Below are positions 31,112 through 44,749 of a DNA stretch of 64,000 nucleotides, in pieces. The position numbers were made by a program, and so were the translations under genes. The stretch spans positions 42,301,443 to 42,365,442 of the forward strand of contig NC_068988.1 of the NCBI RefSeq assembly GCF_001194135.2, written 5' to 3'. Numbering within the stretch: position 1 is the stretch's first letter; every line of letters begins with the position of its first letter. Below the pieces are notes generated by a model that saw only the letters and a program-made list of their open reading frames with translations, searched no databases and had not been told where the DNA came from. Source of the DNA: Octopus bimaculoides. Lineage: Eukaryota.

Positions 31112-34100
31112 GTACGTATTGATTATTTGTTTTATTTGCGGTGCCCTTGTGGTAAATAAAGAAATCGCTATCATCATCATCATCATTATTATTATTACTC
31201 TTATTGTTGTTGTTTTACCTTTTTTACCTTCTGGATTCCTATTTACCGGAGTTGATTTTTGCCTTTCTTCCTTCCGGCGTCGATAACATCTGTGCGAGTC
31301 TGTGCCCCACCCCTCAAAATTTGTGGCCTTATGCCCAATTTCGAAATAATTGGTATTATTATCATCGTCCTTGTGGCAAATAAAGAAAATATAATGGTTT
31401 CCTTCAGGTATTTTTTGTTCAAATTTCATCGGACCCAACTTAGCTTTTCATTCTTCCGGTATTGGTAAAACAAGCCCCAGACAAATACTAGTTCGATTTA
31501 CTCGACTATACACCCTCCCACAAAATGCTTTGTCTTGTTCCTGTTAAAAAGCAACCACCACTGCATCATTATTGCAATTATTAATCTCTACATTCTAGGT
31601 TCAAATTCTGCCAGGTTCGACTTAGCCCCCTCCACTCGTCTAATCACTGAGATAAGCCATTGAAGTGTACTGAAATCTATTCAGTCGTTTATAAACCTCC
31701 CTCTGTAAAAGTTGTCCTTGAAATCTCCGACTCTAGTCGTAAAGCACTGGACTAAATCCCTTACTACATTTCGTTCACGTCCTGACTGGTACGATTTCGT
31801 TTTACTGTTGTTTAACCCCAAGTTAGCTTTAATCGAGCAGACGTATGCTTTGAAGCATTCCATCTGATTACACCGTTATATATATANNNNNNNNNNNNNN
31901 NNNNNNNNNNNNNNNNNNNNNNNNNNNNNNNNNNNNNNNNNNNNNNNNNNNNNNNNNNNNNNNNNNNNNNNNNNNNNNNNNNNNNNNNNNNNNNNNNNNN
32001 NNNNNNNNNNNNNNNNNNNNNNNNNNNNNNNNATATATATATATATATATATATATCATTATAAACGAAGAAAAGCTCTGTAATAAATTATTGCTGGGAT
32101 TGCAGACTCAAAGAGAGAGAGAGAATTATCGGAATATTGCAGTGAAATCGACTTTACTTTTTATCCCTCGGGGGATGGTATTAAGTCAAGTACAACGTCT
32201 GTCCCAATATTTCTAGCCTTGAAGCTATTAATATTATCGGCACTGAGCTGACAAATCAGTAGAGAGGCGGACAAAATGACTTTCAATATTTAACTTGGTG
32301 ACTACACGTCACATAAACAATGTCTTGCCTTTAACCCAACCCGGAGTCGAATTAATTCTCTATTGTGTCAGTTTAATTGACTACACACCTTGTGTCCACT
32401 TTAGGAAATCATTAATTACCATTATTGTTACTTATTGCGCTTTCGTGTCAATAAGGGTGTGAGTTCTCGATAAAAGGACCCGTGATATACCGGATCCGAT
32501 GGAAGCATTTAAATTACACGCCCCCTTTTCTTGACAGTAAACAACCGTTGTTGCAGGTGAGGAGTTGATTGGCTGAGTCACTAACGTACCTTTGCACTGT
32601 ACAGTTAAGTCCCTTTACGTTTCGAGTTCAAATTCAGCTGAGGTCAATGTTTACTTTATATCCATTAGTACGATGATGGGGGAAGGGTGATAATTGCAGA
32701 CGTGTAATGTGGGGTGGGCCTTCATGCAAGATTGAAAGCTGTCACCTACATAGTCTACATAGTTTAGGGGATTTGTGTCAATGTAAGTCATCAAAACAAT
32801 TTTTTTTGGAGGCCATTTGGGGCAGTGGATGGCGGAATAGGTATTTAGTTATGGCCTTACATTCTGAGTTGAAATCGTGCAGAGGCTTATTTGTCTTTCA
32901 TCCCTTTAGGGGCTGATCAAATAAGTTACAAATCGAATAGTGGTGTTGATTTGTATAAATATTTGTGGTCTTGTTCTATATAAGAAATGATTATCATCAC
33001 TTTTTAGTGAGTTTAAATCTGTAGTTTTATGGCTTGCAAAGTTTTCTGAAAAATTTTATCCCCTCAGTGAACCTACGAAGCAGTTTCACTTATGTTTGCA
33101 GAAAGGCATGAATATCCCAGATTCCTTGTATCTTTTGTCTTACAAAAATATTGCTTTAAATATGTATGTAGACATGGGCTGTGGTTAAGAAGCTCACTTT
33201 GCCACCATGTAATTTTGGGTTCAGTCCCACTGCACATCTTGAAGTGTTTTTCTACTATAACCTCAGGGTGACCAATGGCTTGTGAGTGAATTTGATTGAT
33301 GGAAACCTCTGCAGAAGCCCATTGTATGTATGTATGTATGAATATGTATATATGTGTGTGTGTGTTTGTCCCATATCCACCGTTTGACAATCAGTATTGT
33401 TTACATGCCTGTAACCTAGTGGTTCGATGAGTTTGACTAAAACCCTTCAAGGTGGTGCTCCAGCATGGCTGCAGTCCAATGACTGAAACAAGTAAAAGGT
33501 AGACGGTATATCGTGATATACATATAGAAGTTATATTTGTATTTTTAATTTAGTCTAGAACAGTGATGCAGGACATGCTCCAGATGGAGCACATCTACTC
33601 TTAAGTCTTTAGTTAGCTACACAATGGGACTGAACTTGAAACCATGTGGTTGGGAAGTGAAGTTCTTAACCACACAACTATTATGGGCATACATACTTGT
33701 TAGTGACATCACAAAGGTAGTGTCTTTACGTGGTCACTAGACCTGTTAGAAAAAGCAGCTAAGTTTCCCTTGAATATCACCTTATCATAGAAAATGGAAA
33801 GATTGGATAATACAGCCCCTGAAAAACTCTGAATAAAAATATTAGGGTGGTCATTGGTTGGAATATCTTGCCTCATAAATACAGCTGATTTGGCTCTAAG
33901 CATCACTATCATAATAATCATCAGTTGTGTGTTGATGAAACAACATTGGAATCTCTACATGGTCATTTGACCTACTGTTAGGTCACCTTCAAATTACATC
34001 CCTATCATCTTGAGAAAGGAAAGGGCATGTTGAATTATGTAGTCTTACATACTTCTGAAAAGATGGGATTTTCATGGTGAAATTGCCTTCAGTGATAGGC

Positions 34101-34599
34101 CTGCTGGATCAAGTTGACTAAGAGTAAATGATAATTATGAGTTGTATATAATAGTATGTGATGGTGTGTAAATCAAATTTGGTAGATGCCCTCTTTGCAA
34201 ACCAACATACATATATGTGTAGTTTTTTTTTTCTTTCTCTGACTTTTTTTTTTAATGTTCACAAAAAGAGTGTGCTTATTTCCTTTGCAAGCCTTTTGAG
34301 ATTTGCAAGACTGAAGTGTTGTAGCTAATCCTCATTGTGCTGATTAATTACATTCCACATGCTAATGATATATAAATCAGTTCTTTTAACCTCTTTCTAT
34401 TGGCCAATAAAAATAAACTGTGCATACTGTGTCACATGATATATGGAGAATTCCAGAAAGTACCTCATGATCAAAAAGGAATTAACTTGGTTCCTTTGCA
34501 CTGAACTTGAGTATATTCAGTTCCTGTGCAGTAAGGGTTAATCTAATCCTTGATCATTGTGGGGAGGAATTCTAAAGGGCTGACATTCTAGAATTTAGT

Positions 34600-35200
34600 G
34601 TTTAGTGTTAGTTTTGGTTGGTGGATGCAGTATGAGTGATGAGAGGTGAGCGAGTCAGAAGTGTGAGTGGAGATGGCATGGGACTAGTCAGCTCCAAGGA
34701 TCAGACCTCACAGTCGTGGTGCAAGGAAAGGTAGGGAAAAGAGGCAGTTTATCTGTGATCCAGAGGAGCAATTTCATACTGAATTGATTTGGTGACCTTA
34801 AAAAAAAAAAGGAGGTAGTTGATCTGTGATCCAGAGGAGCAATTTCATACCAATTAATTTGGTGTCCTTAAGAGTATTTATGTAGTTAGGATGCCTGTCT
34901 CTATGTTGCAGATGTGGGAGAAGCACTTTGTGGGTTTCCCATGGGCTTCCTGGAGGGTTAGTAATTGTTGTTGGAGTGTTTTCTGACTGTGAAGAGTAAG
35001 ACCAGTCTTTGTGAGGTAGTTTTTGCTATGTTGTGGTTGTGTTTTCAAGGGAGAGATCCTTGATCCTGGTGAGGTCAAGCATTTGTAGCAACCTTTAGTG
35101 TTCTAGTTGCACATTATTTTGAGGTTGGTGATTTTCTTGATATGTATAGAACCAATTTGTTGGGTACTGATTGTTGTTTAATCTCATTCAGCCTAAATAG
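34600..35200 (-). mobile_element. Second, more decayed CR1/L2-like 3' relic, inverted relative to the 35.4-36.3 kb copy
   Basis: NIAKTTSQRLVLLFTVRKH / QQQLLTLQEAHGKPTKCFSHIC parallels the same RT C-terminal motif; contains a ~70-bp tandem duplication at 34740-34870. Confidence 0.5.
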
Positions 35201-35449
35201 ATTTATTATTAAAGGTATTCTAGCTATGTCCATGTTTTATCTTTTTTTCTCTATTAAATAACAATTATAGGGTATTTAGTGTGCCCTTCCTCATTAAAGA
35301 CCTTGTTAAGGTGGGTGATTTAGCTGCTGTTTGTAGCAGCTTGAGTGATGGCATAGTGGTTGCTTCATTGGCTCATAGGTTTTATTTCAACCGTTAACAT
35401 CCTGAAAGGTGAGCATTAACTCTGAAGGTCTCTTCTGTGGCAATGCTAA

Positions 35450-36350
35450 AAATTCTTACTCTATACTTAACCTGTATTGATTTCTCTATATGTTAGGGGG
35501 TTCAGGTTGCCCTCCCCTCTCTATTCTTTCTATATATTGATCTAGTTGCTGCTACAACCAACACAAAGTCTTATGCAGATGGCATGACTCTTCATTCCTC
35601 CTAATTTTTGCTGATCATGCTTCATCCATATGCAGCCAGTATTGATTTCATAACAAACATCTTGAGAGCACTCTGTGCCAGCCTTGTCTCTTTTAGCAGT
35701 AAAAATACTCTAGCACCACTCATAGAAAGAAAATACCACTGCATCCTTCTCCTCTAGACATGTGCAGCACTCAGCTAGAGCCCCCTCTCTCCTGGTAGAA
35801 ACACTTTCTTAGCCTAGCTAGGACTATATCCCAAAGACTAGCCTTTCTTCACAGAGCCAAAAGATATTTCAGTCCCCAATAGTCACTGTCACTCTACAAG
35901 GCTCAAGTGAGGTTCACAATGAAGTACTGCATCCACGTGTTGGACAGTGCTGCCACTAAATATACAGACATCCTGCACTGCAGCCAAAGAAGGACCACTC
36001 AAGTGAGTGGCATTCAATCATGAAAGGACACACTCCAGCTTCTGGATTACAAGCATCCTGTTTCTTCTCTCTGCCTTTATATTGCTGCTATAAGAGCCTC
36101 TACTCTGACTGGTGTCACATCTCCACCACTCAGGTACTGCTGACCCCATCCATCTCGACTCCTTTTACCACCCTTATTGTGTCCACCCCCATCCCACATC
36201 GCCTTACATTAGCCACTCTGACCAGTCATTTCGCCCCAGAACATCACCACTTTGAAATCTCCTCCTTGCTCATGCCTTTCCTACTAGTGTTGACCTACAA
36301 CAGTTTAAATGGTCAGCCTTACTAGTTTCAGAATGTCTACAAGTGTCATA
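35450..36350 (+). mobile_element. CR1/L2-like LINE 3' relic
   Basis: KSYADGMTLHSS..SLARTISQRLAFLHRAKRYFSPQ..LYKAQVRFTMKYCIHVLDSAA. Confidence 0.7.
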
Positions 36351-37559
36351 GACATTGCCTTTTCCTTTAGACTCAGCTAGTAAAAAGAAGAAAGGAAAAA
36401 AGCCACATTACAAGAGGCATATTTGATTATCTCTTGTTTTTCTGAAGTCTATAATATGGAACACTTTATCAATTATCTCCAAAGAACTTTTAAAGCTAGT
36501 AAAACTTGGATCAGGCTCTGTAAAAAGTTACTGTAGTAGCCCTATATTACTACAAAACTTGACTATCTACAGCACAATAGCAAGATTAAGTTTTATTTAC
36601 CAAGATAGTTCCGCTTCTCATGCTATGATGGCTAACTATGATACTCTCTTCCTTCTCTATCGCAGTCCATTGACATTTGTTTCTCCCTTTAATGCTACTC
36701 ATCACTTGCTCCTTTTTCTTTTTTTAATCTACATCCAAATGTGCATTTATTTCATAAACTCTGTTACCTTCTCCTATACTGCCTCCAATTCTTGGAATAC
36801 CTGCATTGAAATTCATCTTTCATGTTTATCATTTATCCCTTTTTATTATCATCCATCAGTTGTTCACCCCTTCAACCAACATATCCCATTCACTCTGTTT
36901 CTGCCATCACACACTTACTTGTTCCACATCTGCCCCTTCTTCCATCATTACTGTCATTTCTACTTACCTCCTTGGCCACGTAGCCCTTAGTGAACATAGT
37001 GGTTGCCTAAGCTATGGCAAATGAAATGTATGAGTTAACCCTTCTTGGAAGGCAATAAATGAAGCTGGCTCAGATCATTTGAATCATGCCAACATGTAAA
37101 GCATGTGAAATAATGATGATATGACCCACATTCACAAAGTGAGATGGCTGAGCAGATAAGGTATTAGAACAATTTATTCATTGGTCATGGGTTCAAGTCT
37201 TTTGTAGGTTGTTTGTTAAACTTCAAGACAGAACACTTTATTCTTATTTCAGTTCACTTATCTGTCAGTCAGAATAGGTATCAGATCAAAAGTGACATGT
37301 CTTCTCTGGTATACTATTGTCTTATTCAGATTTCTGCCTCATTCGCTTCATGCTATAAAATCCGAACTTACCAATGTTCTCTTATAATCTATTAGAGCTT
37401 TGGAAATGTACATTTACACACACATGCACACATATGCATTATGTATTTATTATTGTGATTGGTAACTGTTTCTTGTGTACTGGAATGTCTTTTTCTTCCC
37501 TATGAAAGGAAATATGAGCAGGAAGAAATGCAATTTGCATAGATTAGTTTACTGTGTAT

Positions 37560-38050
37560 ATCAATCACCTTCTTAGGGTGTGACCCATACGCTATAGCTT
37601 GGGCCATCCCCTATTCATCTCTTTTGTTGTTATAGTTTACACTATGTGCACAATATCAAGTTCCTACCAACTCTTTTTCTGCATATTAAACATGTTCAGT
37701 AGTGTCCTGTTGTCTTTCTTGCCAATTAATTCTTTCTCCTTTGTTTGATTTACTCTAAGTTCTTTCAATTCTAAACCTTACTTTGGTATTAGAAATTTCT
37801 TCTCTAATTCTTTAATTCATTTATGAGAACTAGCGCATCAACATAAAGTAGTTCCCTTACCTGCACAAAAAATACTTCACTGAACTTATTGTCAACTCTC
37901 ACTTTGATGGTTTTCACAGCTCTCACAAGCTCTCCGTCTACACTTAGTTTACTTTGTGACTACTAGACTCCAGAGTGTGGTACCTTGTCAAATCCACCTC
38001 CAGACCAACAGATGCTAGGTATAATGAATTGCTCTTTGCTAAACATTTCT
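37560..38050 (-). mobile_element. Degenerate LINE RT relic (RTE-like); probably extends over ~36.4-38.7 kb
   Basis: FDKVPH.. and ELLYVDALVLINELKELEKKF..GLELKELRVN read on the minus strand. Confidence 0.5.
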
Positions 38051-39789
38051 CTTGTAGTTGCCTTACTGGAAAGAGATCAGTGATACTTAGTATTGGTACA
38101 AACTTGAACTGTAATCTAATCTAAGATAATTTTCTTTCTAATTAATTGTGCTATAACTCTGTTACTTTTGTAACTTGGTTTATTATTAATTTAATGCTTC
38201 TTATAATTGCTTCTTTTTATGATCATCTTCTTTGCCCTTGTAGCTGTTGATGATGACACTGCTATGCCAGTCATTGCAAATGTCTTATGTACTACTTGAT
38301 TGACTATGTGAGTGACTAACACACCCTCAACTTTGCCAGATATCTTCAACACATCAGTTACTATCTCTGATGGTCAAGTGGTTTTTCTCTGCTTTAACTG
38401 TACTTTTGAGAATACTATTGTTAATTTCAATAGCTGATCCCTCTGTTGGATCTACTTGGGATAATCCTGTCTTCTTTCATGTATATTCTCTTCTGGCTCC
38501 CAGTTATTGTTTCCCTCTTTCTTGTATACTTTCCAAGCCTACACCTTAGCTTTTATGATTCTATCTACCATACCATTTCACCACTATTTTGCTTTCTGCT
38601 TGACTTGAAACCTGTTCAATTTACAGATCTGGTCTGTGATTTACTGTAGATTGTCTTGCAGAAATTCCTAGTTTGACACACTGACAGTCACATTTATTAT
38701 ATTAGATATGTTTAATTTTGGGGAAACTGTATTTCAGTTAAAGTGTATTTAATATATGTATGTATGTATGTATTAAAGAAAGCGAAAAATAAAACAAAAA
38801 TGATAGTGCTCAGTAGTTGGTTCAATATGCTGACCACAGGAATTTCTGTCCAAGAAAGTTGTACACCATCTCCCTCTTTCTCTTACACACTCACTCTCTC
38901 TCTCTCACTTATTATTACTCCCATTGCCACCAGCAACACTACTACTTTTAATAAAACATCAACTCTCCCTAAATTTCTTTGTCTCTCTTTTTCTCCCTGT
39001 CTCTGTCTCTCTTTTTCTCCCTGTCTCTGTCTCTCTTTGCCACCACCCTCAACGTCTCCATGCCTATTATTACTCTCACCCTAACATGAGGAAGTGTCAT
39101 TGAATAGTGAGAGAAGGGGTCAATGTGTGACACACTGACACACAGAAATTAGTTTTCGCATTTATTATATTATATATTTATATATATAAATATAGTTTTT
39201 GTATTTGGTTTGCAAGATTCTTTGTGAATTTGTGTGTTGAAGCATATCTTATTGTCTGGAGAGTGTCAGTCTTTTTTAGTTCTTTATTATTTAACACGCT
39301 TACCAGTTCGATTGCCACTCATTTATTTATTTTTTATAAAATTTTCGTTGTCTTGCAAACTTTTCAATAGTTGTTGACTGTCTGTTATCAGAGCTGCATT
39401 CTTTTTGTTTGTTTGTGCACATGTGTGCATGTGTATACACATATGTATCTGCGTGTGTATGCATATATATGTATGCATGTGTGTACATTTGTTTGTATGT
39501 ATGTATTCTGCATATTCATGTGTTTGTGTGTGTGTGCGCATGCTTGAGTGTATCTATGTGTATGGGTTTGTGTGACTGTACATGTGCTTGTTATGTATGG
39601 ATGATTTCCATATGTGTCCTTTGTGTGTGAAGTGTGCATGTGTGTGTATGGTCATGTGTGTATGTATGTGTGTGCTTGTCTATCTTTTACCTATGTACAT
39701 ATCTATCTGTTTACTTATCCATTTACCTACATTATATATATGTTTACATAAGTCCACTAATGTATAAACTGTGGGTATTGGGATATGAC

Positions 39790-40330
39790 TGCCTTCTACA
39801 TATATTTCCTATTTAGTATAGGGAATGTTTCATTTATGAGGGCGCACTCCTGTATTTGTCTGAGTCTTGGGTCCTTCAGGTGCTTGGATAAAATGCAGAT
39901 GTCAAGTTGACCCAGTGTGCCTCCACACTGGTCTTTGGCATGTTGGTAGAGTATGGAGGACTGTTTTTTGTTGTCGTATTGTCTCAAATGTTGATTTAGT
40001 CTCTCGGCAATGCTTCTAGATCTCTCACCTATGTATATCATGTTCTTATCTTTACAAGCACTCTCTATTCACCTTATGTTGTAGACTACATTTCTAGTTC
40101 TACAGTTAATGCAGTTATCATTGGTGCTTGTGGTATTCTCAAAGGGGTACGTCCTACTTAGTTGTGATCTGATGGAACTCCCTGGCTTTTCAACAATCTT
40201 AATGTTGAGTTTGACCTCCTTCAGAGCTTTCCTATATATACATATATGCTTAGGCCTAGCTATAAGAAGTTCATTCTGTTGCAAGCTGGTCACCCTGTTT
40301 GATGACAATTTTTTTTTTGCCAATCTCAGA
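39790..40330 (-). mobile_element. Penelope-like element relic with GIY-YIG endonuclease
   Basis: KIVEKPGSSIRSQLSRTYPF..CINCRTRNVVYNI..MIYIGERSRSIAERLNQHLRQY..SILYQHAKD..RLRQIQECALI..PILN. Confidence 0.8.
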
Positions 40331-41024
40331 GGGGCTCTGAAAAAAATAAAGTGGCATGAATATTGCTTTCTTCAATTACATGCCAAAAATAATTTACTTT
40401 CTGTTTTGTAAGTAAAACCAAAATGTAGCTGGTCCCTAGCTACATTTTGGCATAAAAAAGGATTGAGATTTGGTCCAGTAGTAAAAAGTTTACATCAAAA
40501 TTTGTAGTGACATTATAGGAAAGTAACACCACCAATCAACTTTAGATCTAAATAACTTTTTTTATTTTAAAAGCAAAATATATATCTTAGTTTCAATGAT
40601 AGAAGAAAGCGTGAAGAATGTCATAGTTTTGGTCCCATGCAACAAAAATATGTATCAAAAAAGTTGTGAGGTAAAATATCACGAAAAAAATATAAGTAAG
40701 GCAAAAAATTAGATTTAAGTTTAATTAACTTTTTTATTTTAAAAACAAGCTATATTTTAATTAAGCTTAAATGATAGAGCTCAATTCGAAAAATTTCATG
40801 GTATCAAGCTAATGCAATGAAGTTTTAAAAGAAAATGTTATGAGTGTTTGTTTCTCAAATTTATGAGTCATAGTATAGTTCTGTACTTTTTTATGAATAT
40901 AGTTCTAGGAGACTTTTAATATGTCACCAGCATCATTAAGGTAAGGAAAAAAATTATCAACGGCACCGCGAATTGACACATTTGACACATTATTAATTAG
41001 CATAATAGCATTGCCTGGAAAAAA

Positions 41025-41852
41025 CATGGATTACATGGAGAATGCAAGCAAGAGAAATAATATTCTTAATATTATAAATCTGGAGAAGTTATTACACTTG
41101 GGAAAGTTCAGGGCAAGTTATTACATCTGATAAAGTACAGAACAAGAAAATGTTTGCTTAAAATATTGCAGCTAAGGATAAAATTTGAATATTAAAAATT
41201 ATTTGATTTTAATTTACAAAGTAACATTATAATTAAAAAAAGCTACCATCATTTTGTTAAAATATTGACACACTAGAATACTTAAAGATGAGAGCCAGAA
41301 GTACCAATATAGCTAAAGTTTTATGCAAAGTAGAATAGTATATATGGTCGGCAAATTCATTATGTAAAAAATAGGCATTGGGTCAAGACTAAAAATGTGA
41401 AGACTTGGCAATAACTTAGGCAATAACTCAAGCAAATTTTACTGTGAATTTGTTGTTATAGGTAGGTTTTACTGTAATATATAACTAATTTTTGTATTCT
41501 ATCTATTGTACTAACTAATTATGTACTACTATTTTTTATAACCTATTTTCAAATTTTTAATTATTAATTAATTTTAAAAAGTGAATTTTTTTGAAGTGCA
41601 AAAAATATTTTGAGTTATTTTTAATAGAAGTAACAAGTAATAGCAGATAGAAATAATAACATGTAATAAAGTTTTTAGTTTTAGTAAAAGCTAATATTTT
41701 CTAAATCTAAACATTTTATTTGAAATTTTATCCTTAGCTGCAATATTTTAAATGAAAATTTTCTTATGTAATAACTTATCCTGTACTTTTCCAGATTTAT
41801 AATCTTAAGAATATTATTTCTTTTGCTCGCATTTTCCTATGTAATACATATG
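41025..41852. mobile_element. AT-rich MITE-like element with ~170-200-bp imperfect terminal inverted repeats
   Basis: gaaataatattcttaatattataaatctgg..aaaatattgcagctaaggataaaattt (41.04-41.19 kb) recurs reverse-complemented at 41.72-41.85 kb. Confidence 0.65.
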
Positions 41853-42009
41853 TGTGCATGGTTTGTGTCTTGGAGCTAATTGTTTAATGTCATTTATTGC
41901 TCTTCAGAACATTTCTCCATTTGTAACTAAAGCATACTTTCTGTGTTAAAATCTTGCTGAGGTTCATTTTAAAATGTGTTTCCTTGTACCTTTGTAGAAT
42001 TAGTGATAA

Positions 42010-42446
42010 TTTCAAATTTTGGCTTAAGGCCCCAACAATTTTAGGTGAGTGGGTAAGTTGATTTCATTGACGCCAGGTTCAACTGGTATTTGTTTTATCA
42101 ACCCTGAAAAGATGAAAGGCAAAGTCAATCTTGGCGAAATATGAACTCAATATAAACCCAGAAGAAATGCCACTAAGGATTTTGTTCAACATGCTAACAA
42201 TTCCATGAGCTCAAATAATAATAATAATAATAATAATAATCCTTTCTTCTAAAGGTACAAGGCCTGAAATTTGTTATGAAGGGTGTGGTCAATTACATCG
42301 ACCCCAGTACTCAACTGGTAGATATTTTATTGACCCTGAAAGGATGAAAGGCAAAGTTGTCCTCAACAGAATTTGAATTCATAAGACAGACAAAATGCTG
42401 CTAGGCATTTTACCTGGCATGCTTATGGTTCTGCCAGCTTGCTGCC

Positions 42447-42481
<35 letters not shown>

Positions 42482-42915
42482 CCTTTCTACTATAGGCACG
42501 AAGCCTGAAATTTGTGGGGAGGGGACTAGACGATTACATCGACCTCAGTGTTTAACTGGTACTTAATTTCTCGACTCTGAAAGACAAGGTCGACCTCAGC
42601 AGAACTTGAACGTAGTAACGGGCGAAATACTCCTAAGCATATTGCCCAGCGTGCTAACAATTCTGCCAGCTCGCTGCCATTAATAATAATAATAATAATA
42701 ATAATCATTCTTTCTACTTATAGGCAGAAGGCCTGAAATTTTTGTCGGGGCGGGGGCTAGTCGATTATATCGACCTTAGTACTCAACTGGTACTTATTTA
42801 ATCGGCCCTGAAAGGTGAAAGGCAAAGTTGACCTCAGCGGAATTTGAATTAAACGTAAAGACGGATGAAATGCCGCTAAGCATTTTGCCCGGTGTGCTAA
42901 CGATTCTGCCAGCAT
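42010..42915 (-). mobile_element. Head-to-tail array of four SINE family B copies separated by (AAT)n tails; partial copies continue to ~43230
   Basis: ~200-230-bp units bounded by (AAT)n at ~42216-42240, 42449-42480 and 42681-42706. Confidence 0.85.
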
Positions 42916-43489
42916 GAACCCCAGTACTTGACCGGTACTTTGTTTAATCAATCCCCGTGGTTTTTAATTAACCTCCGTGGTATTTGAACTGAGAGCAATA
43001 AAGCACCGGAACGAATACTGCAAAGCATTTTTTTTTTCTGACGCCCTAACAATTTTTCTAAGAAATAATACTTTCCTAACATAAGCACAAGGCTAGAAAT
43101 ATGGCGGAGGAGGAGGAGTATTGTTGGTTATATCGACTTCAATACTTGATTACTACTTTATCTCATCGTTACTGGAAAGATAAAAGGTAAAGTTTCTTTC
43201 GGTAAAGAGCGGTAACTAAATAGCGCACGTTAGATTAATGATGGTTTCAACATGTTTAATTACTACATTGACCACAAACCTAATACCCTACACAGCAGGT
43301 CGACTATTTTATATAGTTCCGTCATTATATTAAGGTGTATGTTTGTAATGTTACATGAGGTGAGGTGACATTTGTCGAGCGATAAAACACCCACTGCTGA
43401 CTATGTAATACACCTGATGCTAGGTTTTTGAAAACTGTTTAATAGATGTTATTATAAATAAATCTGTCTCTGCATATATACATCTCTCT

Positions 43490-43496
43490 CTCTCTC

Positions 43497-43585
<89 letters not shown>
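43490..43585. repeat. Long (TA)n microsatellite, representative of many (TA)n/(CA)n/(GA)n/(AAT)n/(CAT)n tracts in the window
   Basis: Direct reading. Confidence 0.95.
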
Positions 43586-43589
<4 letters not shown>

Positions 43590-44311
43590 AAAATAGCATA
43601 GAATGGCTGTAGTCGCAGTATAAACTATTTGATCACTCGTGCTTGCTGTGTGTGTGTGTGTATAAACCTTTTAACGTACGGATTTTTTTTTACGATTCTT
43701 AGTTGGACGTGTCAGTCATAGATCTTTTATACATCTATATACGATTTTCGTATACATGTATATACATGCATAGGTGTATGCGTTTATTTTGTAATTAGTA
43801 CGGCAAAACCTAAATATTGATAATGCTGATTTAATTTTGTTGTGAGAGAGAGAGAGAGAGAGAGGGAGGGAGGGAAAGAGAGCAATTTATGTCCGTCCTT
43901 TATGACCGATCAGAAGAGTTATTAAGATCTTAAGGGACGTGAGGAAATCGATGGTTTGGTCCAGTTTCGGTTATCCCATTTGATGTTGTGTCCATCATCA
44001 TCTGGAGTTAGTCTCTCCAGTCCTTGCATCATACCGTACGCTTAGCGTGGAATCGGAAGATTTTTTTCGCCATATGATTTCCTTAACACATTTGCTTCGA
44101 CAAGATTTAGTTTGTTTTTTTTTTTTCCTCTTTCACCCCGTTCTCTGTTTCTTTTACAACGTCACTTTTTTTTCTTTGCCGCTGTCACGTTCACACATAG
44201 TATACGTGTGTGTGTGTGTAGATGAGTACTTCGGCACACACATTTGTACACGAAGACAAGCGAGTTTTATACACAGGAAATGTCACACCAATATAACTAT
44301 TTGTTGCATTA

Positions 44312-44373
<62 letters not shown>

Positions 44374-44715
44374 CATACATACACACACACACGTTCGATA
44401 TTTGCACGCCTTTTTCCTTTAGACGTATCAATCATCTATGTTTCCATGTTTTTTTTTAATCAGTAAGACGTCCTGGGGCTTATTTCCGTTTACTACCACT
44501 ACTACTACTACTACTACCACCACCACCACCACATTACTAAAATGTAACCACACACACACACACGCACTTCCACTCACACAGTCGTTGTTGACCATGTCTT
44601 AATTAACTGAAGGACGTGTCCTTTTCTAAACGAGCCATTGTCGTGGCTGTGTACCACCTCCACCACTAAATATCGCTCTAAGAATACAAAAACACGACGG
44701 CCGCCAATCACACCG

Positions 44716-44749
<34 letters not shown>

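Noticed and set aside
32538-32556. 19-nt AG..GT micro-exon candidate for ARFGEF exon 2
   Set aside because: The encoded residues (VNNRCC) do not resemble BIG proteins; such splice-like pairs are common by chance.
39330-39400. Hammerhead-like CTGATAA...GAAA on the minus strand downstream of the 39.8-kb Penelope relic
   Set aside because: The core is mutated and the stems are not convincingly paired.
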